DNA from: Octopus bimaculoides
Taxonomy: Eukaryota
Assembly: GCF_001194135.2 (NCBI RefSeq)
Contig: NC_068984.1
Location: 88,824,145 to 88,869,630 of the forward strand
Length of the DNA: 45,486 bases
Direction of reading: 5' to 3'
Position numbers and translations under genes: made by a program. Under the pieces are notes generated by a model that was not told the DNA's origin, did no database searches, and saw only the letters and a program-made list of their open reading frames with translations. This document shows, piece by piece, positions 10,467 to 22,050 of the stretch (the first letter of the stretch is position 1; every line of letters begins with the position of its first letter).

Positions 10467-12098
10467 TGTTTGTTAACAGCATTATATATACAGCATTAGA
10501 GCATTTTAGCTCTTGTAGCAATGTAGATGTATTTTTAACACCCTAGTTACATCTAGTGACAATTATAACTCTCCCATTTGGTGAAACATTGTAACCTGCT
10601 GTTTATATTAATTTTGTGTGTATATATATATGTATATACAATAGTATAGAATAAAGGTATAAATTGGCAAACAACTGGTATATGATAAGATTATTACAAT
10701 TATATATTATATATTTATTTATATTATTTTGATACAACTTGAATATAGAAAAGAATGTTTTAGGAATTTAGATCACAAGAGATCATCAATAAGTGCTCGA
10801 TGGAGGAATATATATAATTGTTGTGATATATGCTGGCATTCTCCCAAAATAGTTATAAGGTATGTTTGTATTATTGATGTAAGATTGTAAGGTTAAGACA
10901 GGTTAAATCTAAAGCCGGATGCACCAGCTCGATTGAAACACTGCTTATAGTCAATCCTCACTTAGGCAGGTAAAACATCGCTGCATTTTTAGTTGCAGTT
11001 TAGGTTGGAGTTTAGGCAGGAAGTCTGCCTGAGCACTAATTGCATGTACCTATTATCTTACGTTATCAGACGTAATATTACCTGAAATATACATACGTTT
11101 ATACGTATATATAGTATAGTTCGAGTAAAAACCTCGTAACGTGCATTTAAGAGCTCTTACGTCATGGTTTGATTACCACACGTTATTTTACAGTAGGATA
11201 TATTCCAGGGCTGCATGCACATGTTGAACTCCTCTTTACATAAGATCAATACAAGAATAATATAACACGAGGATGGGGGATAAAAGCTTTAAAAGTAGAT
11301 CACCAACATTTGTAGTAGAGACAACCATTGTAATTTACTATTAAAGCCTGTTATCCCCCAACTTTGTGTTATACTATCCTTATATATATATATTTGTATG
11401 TATTCAAAATGCACTTCATTGACAAGCCATATGGAGGGCGAAATGCGCCTCGCGTTTCTGGGAGTCGCTGCCGGGACAATGTTCGTTTTCTACCAATGCG
11501 TATTGTGTTTTCAGCACATGTTATAGAGAGATTTGTCAGCCAAAAGCACAGCATTATGTCTGTCAACAATATATATGTGTGTATATGTGTGTATGTATAT
11601 ATATGTATATATATNNNNNNNNNNNNNNNNNNNNNNNNNNNNNNNNNNNNNNNNNNNNNNNNNNNNNNNNNNNNNNNNNNNNNNNNNNNNNNNNNNNNNN
11701 NNNNNNNNNNNNNNNNNNNNNNNNNNNNNNNNNNNNNNNNNNNNNNNNNNNNNNNNNNNNNNNNNNNNNNNNNNNNNNNNNNNNNNNNNNNNNNNNNNNN
11801 NNNNNNNNNNNNNNNNNNNNNNNNNNNNNNNNNNNNNNNNNNNNNNNNNNNNNNNNNNNNNNNNNNNNNNNNNNNNNNNNNNNNNNNNNNNNNNNNNNNN
11901 NNNNNNNNNNNNNNNNNNNNNNNNNNNNNNNNNNNNNNNNNNNNNNNNNNNNNNNNNNNNNNNNNNNNNNNNNNNNNNNNNNNNNNNNNNNNNNNNNNNN
12001 NNNNNNNNNNNNNNNNCACACACACACACATACACACACACACACACACACATACACACACACACACACACACATGCACACACACACACACACACACA

Positions 12099-12331
12099 CA
12101 GGGTTGGCCAAAAGTCACCCGACAGTAAATCAAAATTCCATAAATGCTATCTATAATTCTGTATTAGCTCGAACGGAAAAATGTGTCGCTCAAGAAGGAC
12201 TTCAGTTTGAATAATTTCCATGATGTTTCATATTTAGATGCTTCTATTTAATCCATTCAGTTGTTAAACATAAATAAATCTTGGAATTAAATGGTTTTGA
12301 TTTGCTGTCAGGTGACTTTTAGCCAACCCTG
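12099..12331 (+). mobile_element. Tc1/mariner-superfamily MITE, copy 1
   Basis: TIRs cagggttggccaaaagtcacccgacag / ctgtcaggtgacttttagccaaccctg, TA on the right; second copy at 45220-45438. Confidence 0.88.
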
Positions 12332-12339
12332 TATACATA

Positions 12340-12752
12340 TATTCGAAGTTTTCACACAATAAACGAATCATCTTGACTAATTTGTATAAGAAGCCATAAT
12401 ATCTGAAAATCTTCCAAAGTGTATCTCGGTGAAGGCTATTGAAAGCTTTATCAAAGTCAACAAACAGCATGCTCAAAGGTGAGTTCCATTCACGAGATTG
12501 TTCGAGTATTTGGCGAATTACAAAAATATTGTCGATACTTGATTTTTCTTTCTTGAATCTATCTTGCTCTTGGCGAAGTAATTGGTCTACTGCTGCTTGT
12601 GATGCGCTGTAATATGCTATGGGTGAATATTTTACTGGTGATTGATAACAGAGAAATTCCTCTCCAATTATTACAGTTTGATGTATCACCTTTCTTTGGT
12701 AATTTCACAATGAGTCTTTTTTCCAGTTGTTCGGGATTTCTTCATTGATCCA
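12340..12752 (-). pseudogene. RTE/BovB-type LINE RT fragment (older, AT-rich family)
   Basis: WINEEIPNNWKK, IVKLPKKGDTSNCNNWRGISLLS, IFVIRQILEQSREWNSPLSMLFVDFDKAFNSLHRDTLWKIFRYYG. Confidence 0.88.
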
Positions 12753-12759
12753 GGTATAT

Positions 12760-12809
12760 ATATACCCAGGCCTATTCCCCATTTCTTGTATGAGGGGTAG
12801 CCACTGCAA

Positions 12810-12841
<32 letters not shown>

Positions 12842-13736
12842 ATTCATTTCCCAGCTCAAAAGAGCGAGTCCCGTTCTATGCTCGGATCAACACATAGAAC
12901 GCAACCCCCAATATCAGCAACGAGGTCCGACAGCATATGCTGGTTTACCCCCGCTGCATTATACTGGTTCCGTACCCCTTTGACCAACATCGAAAATTCA
13001 CTCATCCGTCCACAAACACTCTTCAAGCTTTCCTATCATTTATAAACTGTCTTGCCTCTCTCACCCCAACACCTCTAACTACCAAAGCTTCCTCACTCCA
13101 TCCATCCACACAAACCGAGGTCTGCCTCTGGTTCTGCTGCCTACCACTTCAGCCTTCATCACCCTTCTTATCATCTGCTCCTCATCCATCTTCTCCATGT
13201 GGCCAAGCCACCGCAACATTCGTCTTTCCAATTTGGTTGTTAGTTTTTCTTTCATTCTTACTCGTCTTCGCACCTCCTCCTTCCTCATCCTGTCCATCCG
13301 TGTCACATCAACCATAGCCCTCAGACATTTCATCTAAAACACATCTAGTCACCTCCTTTCTGCCTCTCTCATCCCCCACGTCTCTGCGCCATATAACAAT
13401 GTCGGCACAATCACGCCCTCATACACACAGCACACCTCTTTTCTCTTTCATACTCAACTTTTTATCTCTCAGCATGCCTTTCACAATTCCAAGTATCTTA
13501 CTCTCCTCCCTCACTCTGTATCCAACCTCCTCAGCACCACCCCATCCGCCGTCACATGTGATCCTAAATACTTAAAAAAACACTCACCTCCTCTAACGTC
13601 TCACCATTTATACTCACATCCGTCCTACCAGCCCTTCCATCTCTCGAACATCTCATCACCTTACTCTAGCTACATTTACTTTCAGTTTCTTCCCCTCACA
13701 CACTCTTCCAAACTCTACCACCAGTCTCCTCAGTTG
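12760..13736 (-). mobile_element. 3' half of a purine-rich RTE LINE (RT end, C-terminus, 3' UTR with (TG)n)
   Basis: QLRRLVVEFGRVCEGKKLKVNV, FKYLGS, IVPTLLYGAETW, MKCLRAM..LRWLGHMEKMDEE..RGRPRFVWMDGV. Confidence 0.88.
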
Positions 13737-15372
13737 TCCTGGGTATGACTATAAATTACATCCGGTAGTGGGACCCTGGGGCCCTGGTTTCAGGGTTTGA
13801 GAAGTGTGGCATCACCTCTTAGACACTATTGTTCCCAGGTCTACTTTGGCCTGGAGTGGCAGGATCTGGCCTGAAGGATCCCAGCTATAGGTTAACAAGC
13901 AAACCCCACTGCGACTAGGGCGGGGATCGGTAGAATGCAGTCGCTATATTCCCTGCGTGACGTAAGAGGCGGCTAAAAGGGGCAGGAGCGAAGGGCATGG
14001 GAATCCTCCTCTCCTAGTAAATCCATATTCCTAAGAAAAAGGCAAGGGGGTAGGAGTAGGAGAGAGTTAACACCAAGTCTCACCCTAGTACTAGGGTCAT
14101 GGAATGTGCGTGGATGTAGTACAAGTGAGGTAAAGAGGAGAGAGATAGGGATTGTGATGATGAGGAGAAGGATGAATGTGCTGGCGCTGAGCGAGACTAA
14201 GATGAAAGGTAAGGGTAGGTACCAGTTTGGGGATGTAACTGGATGAGTGTCGGAGGTAGGAGGGGAGAGCTCGTGAGGGAGTGACATTGCTGGCGAGAGA
14301 GCATGTGAAGAAGAGTGCGGTGGAGTGGAGGGAAGTGTCTTCAAGATTATTGTGAGTTAAGATGAGGTGGGGAGAAGAGATGTGGGTGTTTTTTAATACA
14401 TATGGTCCAGGGAGCGACAGGAGGGAGGAAGAAGTAGAGGAGTTCTGGAGGAAACTGACAGAGTGTGTGGATAGGGTGGGGAAAAGTGGTTATGTGGTGG
14501 TGTTGGGTGAAATGAATGCACGAGTGGGAAATGAGGGAGTAGAAAATGTAGTGGGAAAATATGGAGTTCCTGGTCGGAATGAAAGTGGAAGTAGGTTGTT
14601 GGAAATGTGTATGGAGCCGGAGTTGGTGGTGGGGAATAGTCTTTGCAAAAAGTGGGAGGAGAATAAGTTCACGTGGTGGAGGGTGGCGGGAGGAACAGTA
14701 GTGGATAGGGCCTTGGTGGACTATATATTAATTGGTAAGAGAGTGGTAGGAAGGTTGGTGAATGTGCATGTAATGAGAGGTGAAGGTGGAGGAGTGTCGG
14801 ATCACTTCTTAGAACAGGGTAAGTTGAAGGTATGCTCAAAATGGAATGTTAGACAAGTGACAGGGGGGGGGGTTGTGAAGGCGAGTGAACTGGATAGGAG
14901 AAAGGAGGAGCAGGAGTATGCTGAGAAACTGAGAGATGAATATGAGCAGGTTAAGAAAGGGGAAGTAGGAGATGTGGGGGAGGAGTGGGAGGCTTTTAGA
15001 GAGGCAGTAATGATGTGTGCTTCTGAGGTATGTGGTATACGAGTGGTTGGAATGGGTGTGAGGAAAGGTAGTGAGTGGTGGAATGAGTAAGTAAGGGAAA
15101 CGGTGGCAGAGAAGAAAAGGGCCTTTGAAGAATGGTTGCAGAAGGACGATGGAGAAACTTATGATCGCTACAGAGAAGTGAGGAGGAGAGTAAAGAGAGG
15201 GGTGAGGGTAGCGAAGTGGGAGGCGAGTGAAAGGTTCGGGAAAAAGCTGAGTGAAAATTCTGTAAGAAATAAAAAGAAGTTTTGGAAAGAGGTACAGAGG
15301 GTAAGAAAGGTGGTTGGAGGAAGAGAAGAAAGGGTGAAGGACGAAAATGGGAATTTGTTGAAAGGAAGGTGG
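13736..15372 (+). mobile_element. 5' half of a purine-rich RTE LINE: 5' UTR plus APE endonuclease pseudogene
   Basis: LGSWNVRG, VLALSETK, YGP, VVVLGEMNARVG, NESGSRLLEMC, FTW, DYILI, SDHFL, SEWWNE, FWKEVQR; has stops and frameshifts. Confidence 0.9.
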
Positions 15373-15376
15373 AATG

Positions 15377-16095
15377 ATCGATAAATTAAGTACCAGTTGC
15401 GTACTGGGGCCTTGTACCGAGAGTAGAAAAGAATATTATATTGCAATTTAAGGCGGCGAGCTGGCAGAATTGTTAGCACACCGGGCAAAATGCTTAGCAG
15501 CATTTCGTCTGTCTTTACGTCTTGAATTCAAATACAGAAGAGGTCGACTTTGCTTTCCATCCTTTCGGAGTCGATCACTGGGGTCGATGTAATCAACTTA
15601 ATCCCTCTCCTGAAATTGCTGGCTTTGTGCCAAAATTTGACACCAATATTATATTGCAATTAAAGGTAGTGAGCTGGCAGAGTCGTTAACACTCTGGGCG
15701 AAATGCTTAGCGGTATTTTGTCTATCTTCATGTTCTGGGTTCCAATTTCGCAGTGGTGGACTTCGCCTTTCATCCTTTTGGGGTCTACAAAATAGCTATC
15801 AGTTGAGTACTGGGATCGATGCAATCGACATATTGGCTCCCCGAAATTACTGGCCTTGTACCAAAATTTAGAATCAATATGATATGGCAAATTAGGCGGC
15901 GAGCTATCAGAATTGTTAGCACGCTAGGCAATATGCTTAGCGGCATTTTGTCTGAGTTCAAATTTCACCGAGATCGATATTGCCTTTCATCCTTTAGGAG
16001 TCAATAAAATAAGTACTATCAGAATACTGGGGTTGATGTAGTCGACTTACCCCTCCCGTGAAATTGCTGCCTTGAGCCAAAATTTGAAACCAATC
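15377..16095 (+). mobile_element. Tandem array of one partial and three full tRNA-derived SINEs
   Basis: Heads ggcggcgagctggcagaa at 15452, 15664 and 15895; shared aaatgcttagc..gttcaaat..tttcatcctt..ggggtcgatgtaatcgac..ttgtgccaaaattt bodies. Confidence 0.9.
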
Positions 16096-16756
16096 TTATG
16101 GTGTGATTCAGTTGAGGAGAAAATGCATAATGAAGAATAAGAAAATGGAAACGGAAAGGTGAACGCTTAGAATGATACAATATTTCAGTTTTTTCTTTTA
16201 TGTTTTAATGTCACCAATGCTCTAAGAGAAAGATCCGCGAGGACACTCGACCAGCTAGAAATTGAAACCAAACCTCTCTTAAATGAAATCCTGCCGTTTT
16301 AAAAGTGAAGGGTACAGATACATCAAACTATGTATTCCTAGACATACAAGCATCTTACAGCGCAACAAAGTGCCGGTGACAGGATGCGAACCAACAACAT
16401 TCATTTGACTGGTTATCCAGTACACACATCCACTGTCTCTCATGAAGTCAAGTTTTTGTTTTTCTTTTTACAAATGACTATCGTGGAATATCTGAGCTAT
16501 TTGTGTTTTGTTTTGCTGGTTTGCTGTTTCTTTTCTTCTATTTTTGTTTAGTTTTTATTTTACTCTACTTTTACTCTATTTTTAAAAGCAAAGTTCAGGT
16601 TATTCACTGAAAGTTCATCCAACTATGTCACTGTCAATGGATGTCTTTTCCTTGTTTCAATTTCCCGACCGATGCTCCAATTTCAGACAATTTATTGTCT
16701 AATTGGAGTCAAGTCATCAGGACATTTATACAACACATTCCTGGGAAATCATGGCC

Positions 16757-16770
16757 GTCATCGTCGTCGA

Positions 16771-16819
<49 letters not shown>

Positions 16820-16887
16820 GTCATCATCATCATCATCATCATCATCGTCATCATCATCATCATCATCATCGTCATCATCATCATCAT
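16757..16887. repeat. (CAT)n triplet repeat with CGT interruptions
   Basis: Visible run. Confidence 0.95.
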
Positions 16888-19398
16888 CCCCTATGACATC
16901 ATCATGTTGTTGACTGTGTCTTCCGCGTCAGATGAAAAGCAAAAAATAACGCAAGTCACTGCTGGCCACACGTCATGTTGGAGTTTGATGAAACTAGAGA
17001 ACTGCAGGCGTTATTTAAGAACACTCTGATTGTTTCATCATTTGATGAAAAATAAAATAAAAAGAAAAAGAAAAAAGATATAAGACCCAAAATTGAAAAA
17101 GAAGATCGTATCGTTTACCCACGCTGCTTATCCGATCTTTACTTAGCAGAAATGCATATGTTCGCAGGAGACGCTCAATTGCTCAGAGGAGCGCTTAGGA
17201 TAGATATATTTATATGACAGAATAATCAAAACATACTAAGTAAGGAATATTTTGAACGTGCAAGTGACAGAAAATGACTGAATGAGAGAGCTTGATACAG
17301 GAAGATGGAAAAACATGAAACAGTGAGAATGACGAGTAAAGAGAGCATGAAATAAGAGAAACAAAGTGTAGAGGTACTTAGCTGAATACAATATAAAGAG
17401 AAAGAAAACTTTGGAGATAGGGATGAAAAGATCAGTGGACAAACTATCTAAATTATAGATAAAATAGTCTCTTCAATTAAAAGAATATGTCACTGACTAT
17501 ACATATTGGTTTGCGTATTCAGATTAACAGTGATCCTTACATACATCGACTCCCGGCCAAATAGAAGAGACTGATAAAGGATTATAGGTAACTCAGGAAA
17601 AGGTAGAGGAAAGAGAGAGAGAAAAAGGGTCAGATATACAGAATGCTAGCAGTTGAGAGGAACAGATAAATAGAAGGTAGTTAGGAAGTGAAAGACAAAA
17701 AATGAATTTGTGAATGTATGCACATATGCGAGCATGTGGGTAAAAAAAAAAAAGCATTGTGGAATGAGAGAGGAGGGCTGTATGTGAGAACGACTGTTTG
17801 ACACCTGACTAGTGCGGTTCGTCTTTCAAGTTAAAGCGTCTGTTAAGTAGACCGTGGAAACTTAGATTCCTGATACGAAATTTTGTAATTTTAGAAACTT
17901 GAGGCCAAAACGATAACCTCATGTTTAACCATCATTCCGCACAAAATTAAAACAACACAAGATAAAAACGAAATAAAAAACAACGACGCAAACAAAAAAT
18001 AAAACTTTTTTATTATTTATTTAAACATATCAAATGGATCTCGTCCAGCTTTTTTTCCCAGTCGTTTAGGGTTGCAATTATTGTAGTTTTGCCTTTTCTT
18101 TATTTAGCTGACATGTGAAACTGCTTAAGTATCGTTTAAACGTAGACAAAGCAAGCCCAGCACCAGATGCAAATCTTAAAGTAGATTAAATGATTAGCTG
18201 CTATTTATCACGACCTGTATTACTTTACTATTTCTTGTGAAAAGATAAAATATGCCCACAAAAGTGATCTTAGTATAAAATAGCCTTGATAATTATTTTA
18301 ATAGCATTGATAGACCAGCATAGTGATGGTGAAACGTTCTAGATTTGAGATGGATGACTCTTGGAAGATATTCATTTTTATAACCAAATGTCTATATTAC
18401 AATTTATTTACTGCTATGATCGATATCCTCTCCTCCTCGTCCGCTTCCTCCTTGAAAGAACCTCTCTTATTGGCGCTTGGTGCACGAAAGCACGCACATA
18501 GCTTGTAGAAGACAAGAATCGCCTGTCACGGGCACCGGAATTCCCATATCACATGATTTCGGTCTATAGGACCTTGCCTGTGCGAAGTGCTGGTCAAATC
18601 TCGTATGCCAGTCAAATCTCGCTGCCACGATATATAAAATACCAGCATCTTTTCAGATACTGGTGTCTCAAATAGCTAGCAGGCTTATTAAAAATTAATT
18701 AATAGCGACGGAAGCAGTATTAACATCAAAAGGTAATCATTATATCCAACTTAACATGAGCACCTTGTTAGAACACCGAATATTGCGTAATTAGTCTTGA
18801 GAGAACCGCTCTTACAGGCAGTTGGTGCGTAAAAGCACACATCATCTGGGGTTCAGTAGGAATCTTAAGAACAGTTGAAGTGTTACTTAAGTCTCTAACG
18901 TCATATAATCAAAGTATTAAAGTTCATTGTGTGTATAAAGATATTCTCAACCGATAAGATGTATTGCTTACCCTACTGGTTGTAAGGCCAGAAACATATC
19001 TGAGTGACAATAATACATACAATTATTAATGACAAATGTTTGAATATATATAAAATATGTATAAAATATGTATATTTTGATTAAGAATCAGTTACTTTTT
19101 ACTTTATGCAAATTTATGATCAAATATTTCCAACTGGCTTTAGCTAATTCTAACCGAATGAAGCTTATTTGGTGCATCAGCTTCAAATACAACCATCTTA
19201 AAATAAGAATAAGCAGTTTTCTCTTGAGAGATCGAGAACGCTTTCTCTCCGAGGATGCGATACTACACGTAATAGGCACTATCAAGTAGATCTGTTTGTC
19301 ATTCACTCAAAAGCCACTTGTTAGATATTTTGTTATAGTTATTATTATCTTGTTTTTTTTTAACCATTTCACTGAATCATTCTTTTTATCTGATTAAA

Positions 19399-19779
19399 GG
19401 AGGCGCAATGGCCCAGTGGTTAGGGCAGCGGACTCGCGGTCATAGGATCGTGGTTTCGATTCCCAGACTGGGCGTTGTGAGTGTTTATTGAGGGAAAACA
19501 CTTAAAGCTCAACGAGGCTCCGGCAGAGGGTGGTGGCGAACCCTGCTGTACTCTTTCACCAAAACTTTCTCTCACTCTTACTTTCTGTTTCTGTTGTGCC
19601 TGTAATTCAAAGGGTCAGCTTTGTGACTCTGTCACGCTGAATATCCCCGAGAACTACGTTAAGAGTACACGTGTCTGTGGAGTGCTCAGCCACTTGCACA
19701 TTAATTTCACGAGCAGGCTGTTCCGTTGATCGGATCAACTGGAAGCCTCGTCGTCGTAAGCGACGGAGTGCCAACACAC
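19399..19779 (+). mobile_element. Full-length tRNA-derived SINE with 10-bp TSD
   Basis: A box tggcccagtggtt, B box ggtttcgattccc; TSD tctgattaaa at 19389-19398 and 19780-19789. Confidence 0.9.
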
Positions 19780-20499
19780 TCTGATTAAAACTTGGTTTTC
19801 ATTAATGTAATTAGCTGAATCACAAACGTTATGAAATTCTGAAACATTTCTTATAAAAATATATGCGTTCAATCACAAAATGTGACTTCTTTAGACATGC
19901 AATTTTGTGACTGATATTTTTGAAACGTTATTTCAGCTTACAAAGAAGATTTAATATGTAAAACCATAACCAATAGCTGTTAAATCACAGAATTATTATT
20001 TACTTAATCATTAACATTTGCTAATTTCTGTCCGTGTGACAAATTTATACTAAATTGCTATAATGAACATACTAGTTAAAATGCCAATACAAATACTAAC
20101 TTCAAATATCGACAAACATTTATACATAAATATGTGTGGAACTTACAAAAATATTACTGTAGTACAAAGTTTGAATTGTTGTAAATATGTTATAACAGAG
20201 CGAACACGCTGTCTTTAAGATGGCATGTTTTACACTGATTTGATTTCATTGTATTATGTATTCCTATTGCGTATGCGCGTTAATATACATATGTCATGCA
20301 TGTGGGAAGAGTGCCGGCTGGCAAGACATGCAACAGGAATGAAGCTCGAACATCAATAACGGAAAACGTAAAATAGAGCTATTAGATGAAATACATTTAT
20401 AAAGAAATGAAAAATTACCACCTAAATACTGCCAATAAATTTTAATATACTCACACACACAAACACACAAACACACACACACACACACGCACGCACACA

Positions 20500-20546
<47 letters not shown>
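20500..20546. repeat. (CTA)n microsatellite next to (CA)n
   Basis: Visible run. Confidence 0.95.
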
Positions 20547-20771
20547 TGCATTTTTAATACACTTAGCATTCGTTACTAAGCACAATATCATTGTTTATAC
20601 CGTTATCACGTTTATGTATAGTTAAAAACTGAGCCCATCTCACTCATATTTTTGGTGCAAATCGAACGGAAGGAGTATATTCTTTGTTTTATATATAACA
20701 TTCGGTTATATAGTTAAATAGTGTTATATATGAATTGAAAGTGAAGCGAAGCAACTTGATAAGTAGATATA

Positions 20772-22050
20772 TCAGGTTCAGTAAAATGTAATCAACGTTT
20801 TGAACCATGAAGAATTTGTACCGGATTTTTGAAGAGCTTTGAATTTTTAAAAAATATTTTTTTGCAATTGTCTGATAATAGATATAGTCTTGCTCAAAGG
20901 CATCAATAAATTAGCGTTGATATTTTTCCCCGTTGTACAATCAGCTCATGTGGAACTGTCAAAACGCGATATTCGAGTAATTTTGCTATTCAACTTCAAA
21001 AAAGGACGTAAAGCAGCTGAAATTTCTCGCGATATCAACGAAACATTTAGCGAGAAAATGACCAGTGAGTGGTCAGCTCGAAAATGGCTGAAACGATTTC
21101 GCAGAGGAGACCTGAACCTTGAAGATCGTGAGCGTAGTGAACGCTCATCTGTCATCGATGACAGTCAATTAAAGACCGTCATTGCGAAAGATCCGCGTAA
21201 AACCACTCAAGAACTGACAAAAGAACTTCAAGTTAGCCAGAAAACTGCCTGCAACTATTTGCATGCGATCGGAAAATCAAATAAGCTCGACAAATGGGTA
21301 CCACACGATTTGAATGAAAATCAGAAAATGCGCAGATACGAAATTCGCTCGTCGCTTCTTCTCCGTAACCAGACCGATCCATTTCTCGACTGTATTGTAA
21401 CTTACGATGAAAAATGGATTCTGTACAATAACAAAAACGTTCTTCGCAGTGGTTGGACCAAAATGAAGCACCGAAAACCTTCACTAAACCCGAGCCCTTC
21501 GAAAAGAAGGTTATGGTGACTGTTTGGTGGTGTACTGCTGGACTTATCCACTATAACTTCTTAAAACCTGAAAAAACCATTACTGCAGAAACATTGCCAT
21601 GAAATTGCCAAAATGAACGAAAAACTGCTACTCTTCCGTCCAAGACTGGTCAACAGAAGAGGGCCAGCCATTCTTCATGACAATGCTCAACCACACGTTT
21701 CACTAATGACGCTCCAGAAGTTGAGGGAACTTTGCTACGAAATTCTTCCCCACCCAGCTTATTCCCTAGACCTTTCTCCTACGGACTACCACTTTTTCAA
21801 GCACCTTGATGGTTTCCTGCTAGAGAAGGAGTTCAAAAATCAAACCAATGCTGAAAGTACGTTCAAAGAGTTCATCAGCTCCAGAACTCCAGATTTTTAT
21901 GTTACTGGAATAAACAAACTTGTAATTCGTTGGCAAAACATCTGTTGATTGAAATGGTACTTACTTTGATGAATAAAATTTCCGCATTGCTGGAATATAT
22001 TGTAATGAATCTCATGTCTCGAAACGTTGCTTACTTTTTACTCAGCCTGA
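20772..22050 (+). mobile_element. Full-length mariner (cecropia/Hsmar1-like), 1279 bp
   Basis: Imperfect TIRs tcaggttcagtaaaatgtaatcaacgttt / aaacgttgcttactttttactcagcctga, with TA on both sides. Confidence 0.93.
20950..21976 (+). pseudogene. Mariner DD34D transposase, frameshifted
   Basis: HTH region, WVPHDL, IVTYDEKWILY, KKVMVTVWW, LHDNAQPH, YSLDLSPTDYHFFKHL, TGINKLVIRWQ; several frameshifts. Confidence 0.93.

Noticed and set aside
15377-16095. CRISPR-like repeat-spacer array
   Set aside because: The spacers are homologous SINE copies, the context is eukaryotic, and no cas genes are present.
16641-17029. Poly-His, poly-Ser and poly-Ile ORFs
   Set aside because: Three-frame readings of a (CAT)n repeat; no coding context.
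19399-19475. Possible tRNA gene
   Set aside because: A and B boxes continue into a SINE body with a TSD and there is no intact cloverleaf; the other SINE heads are the same.
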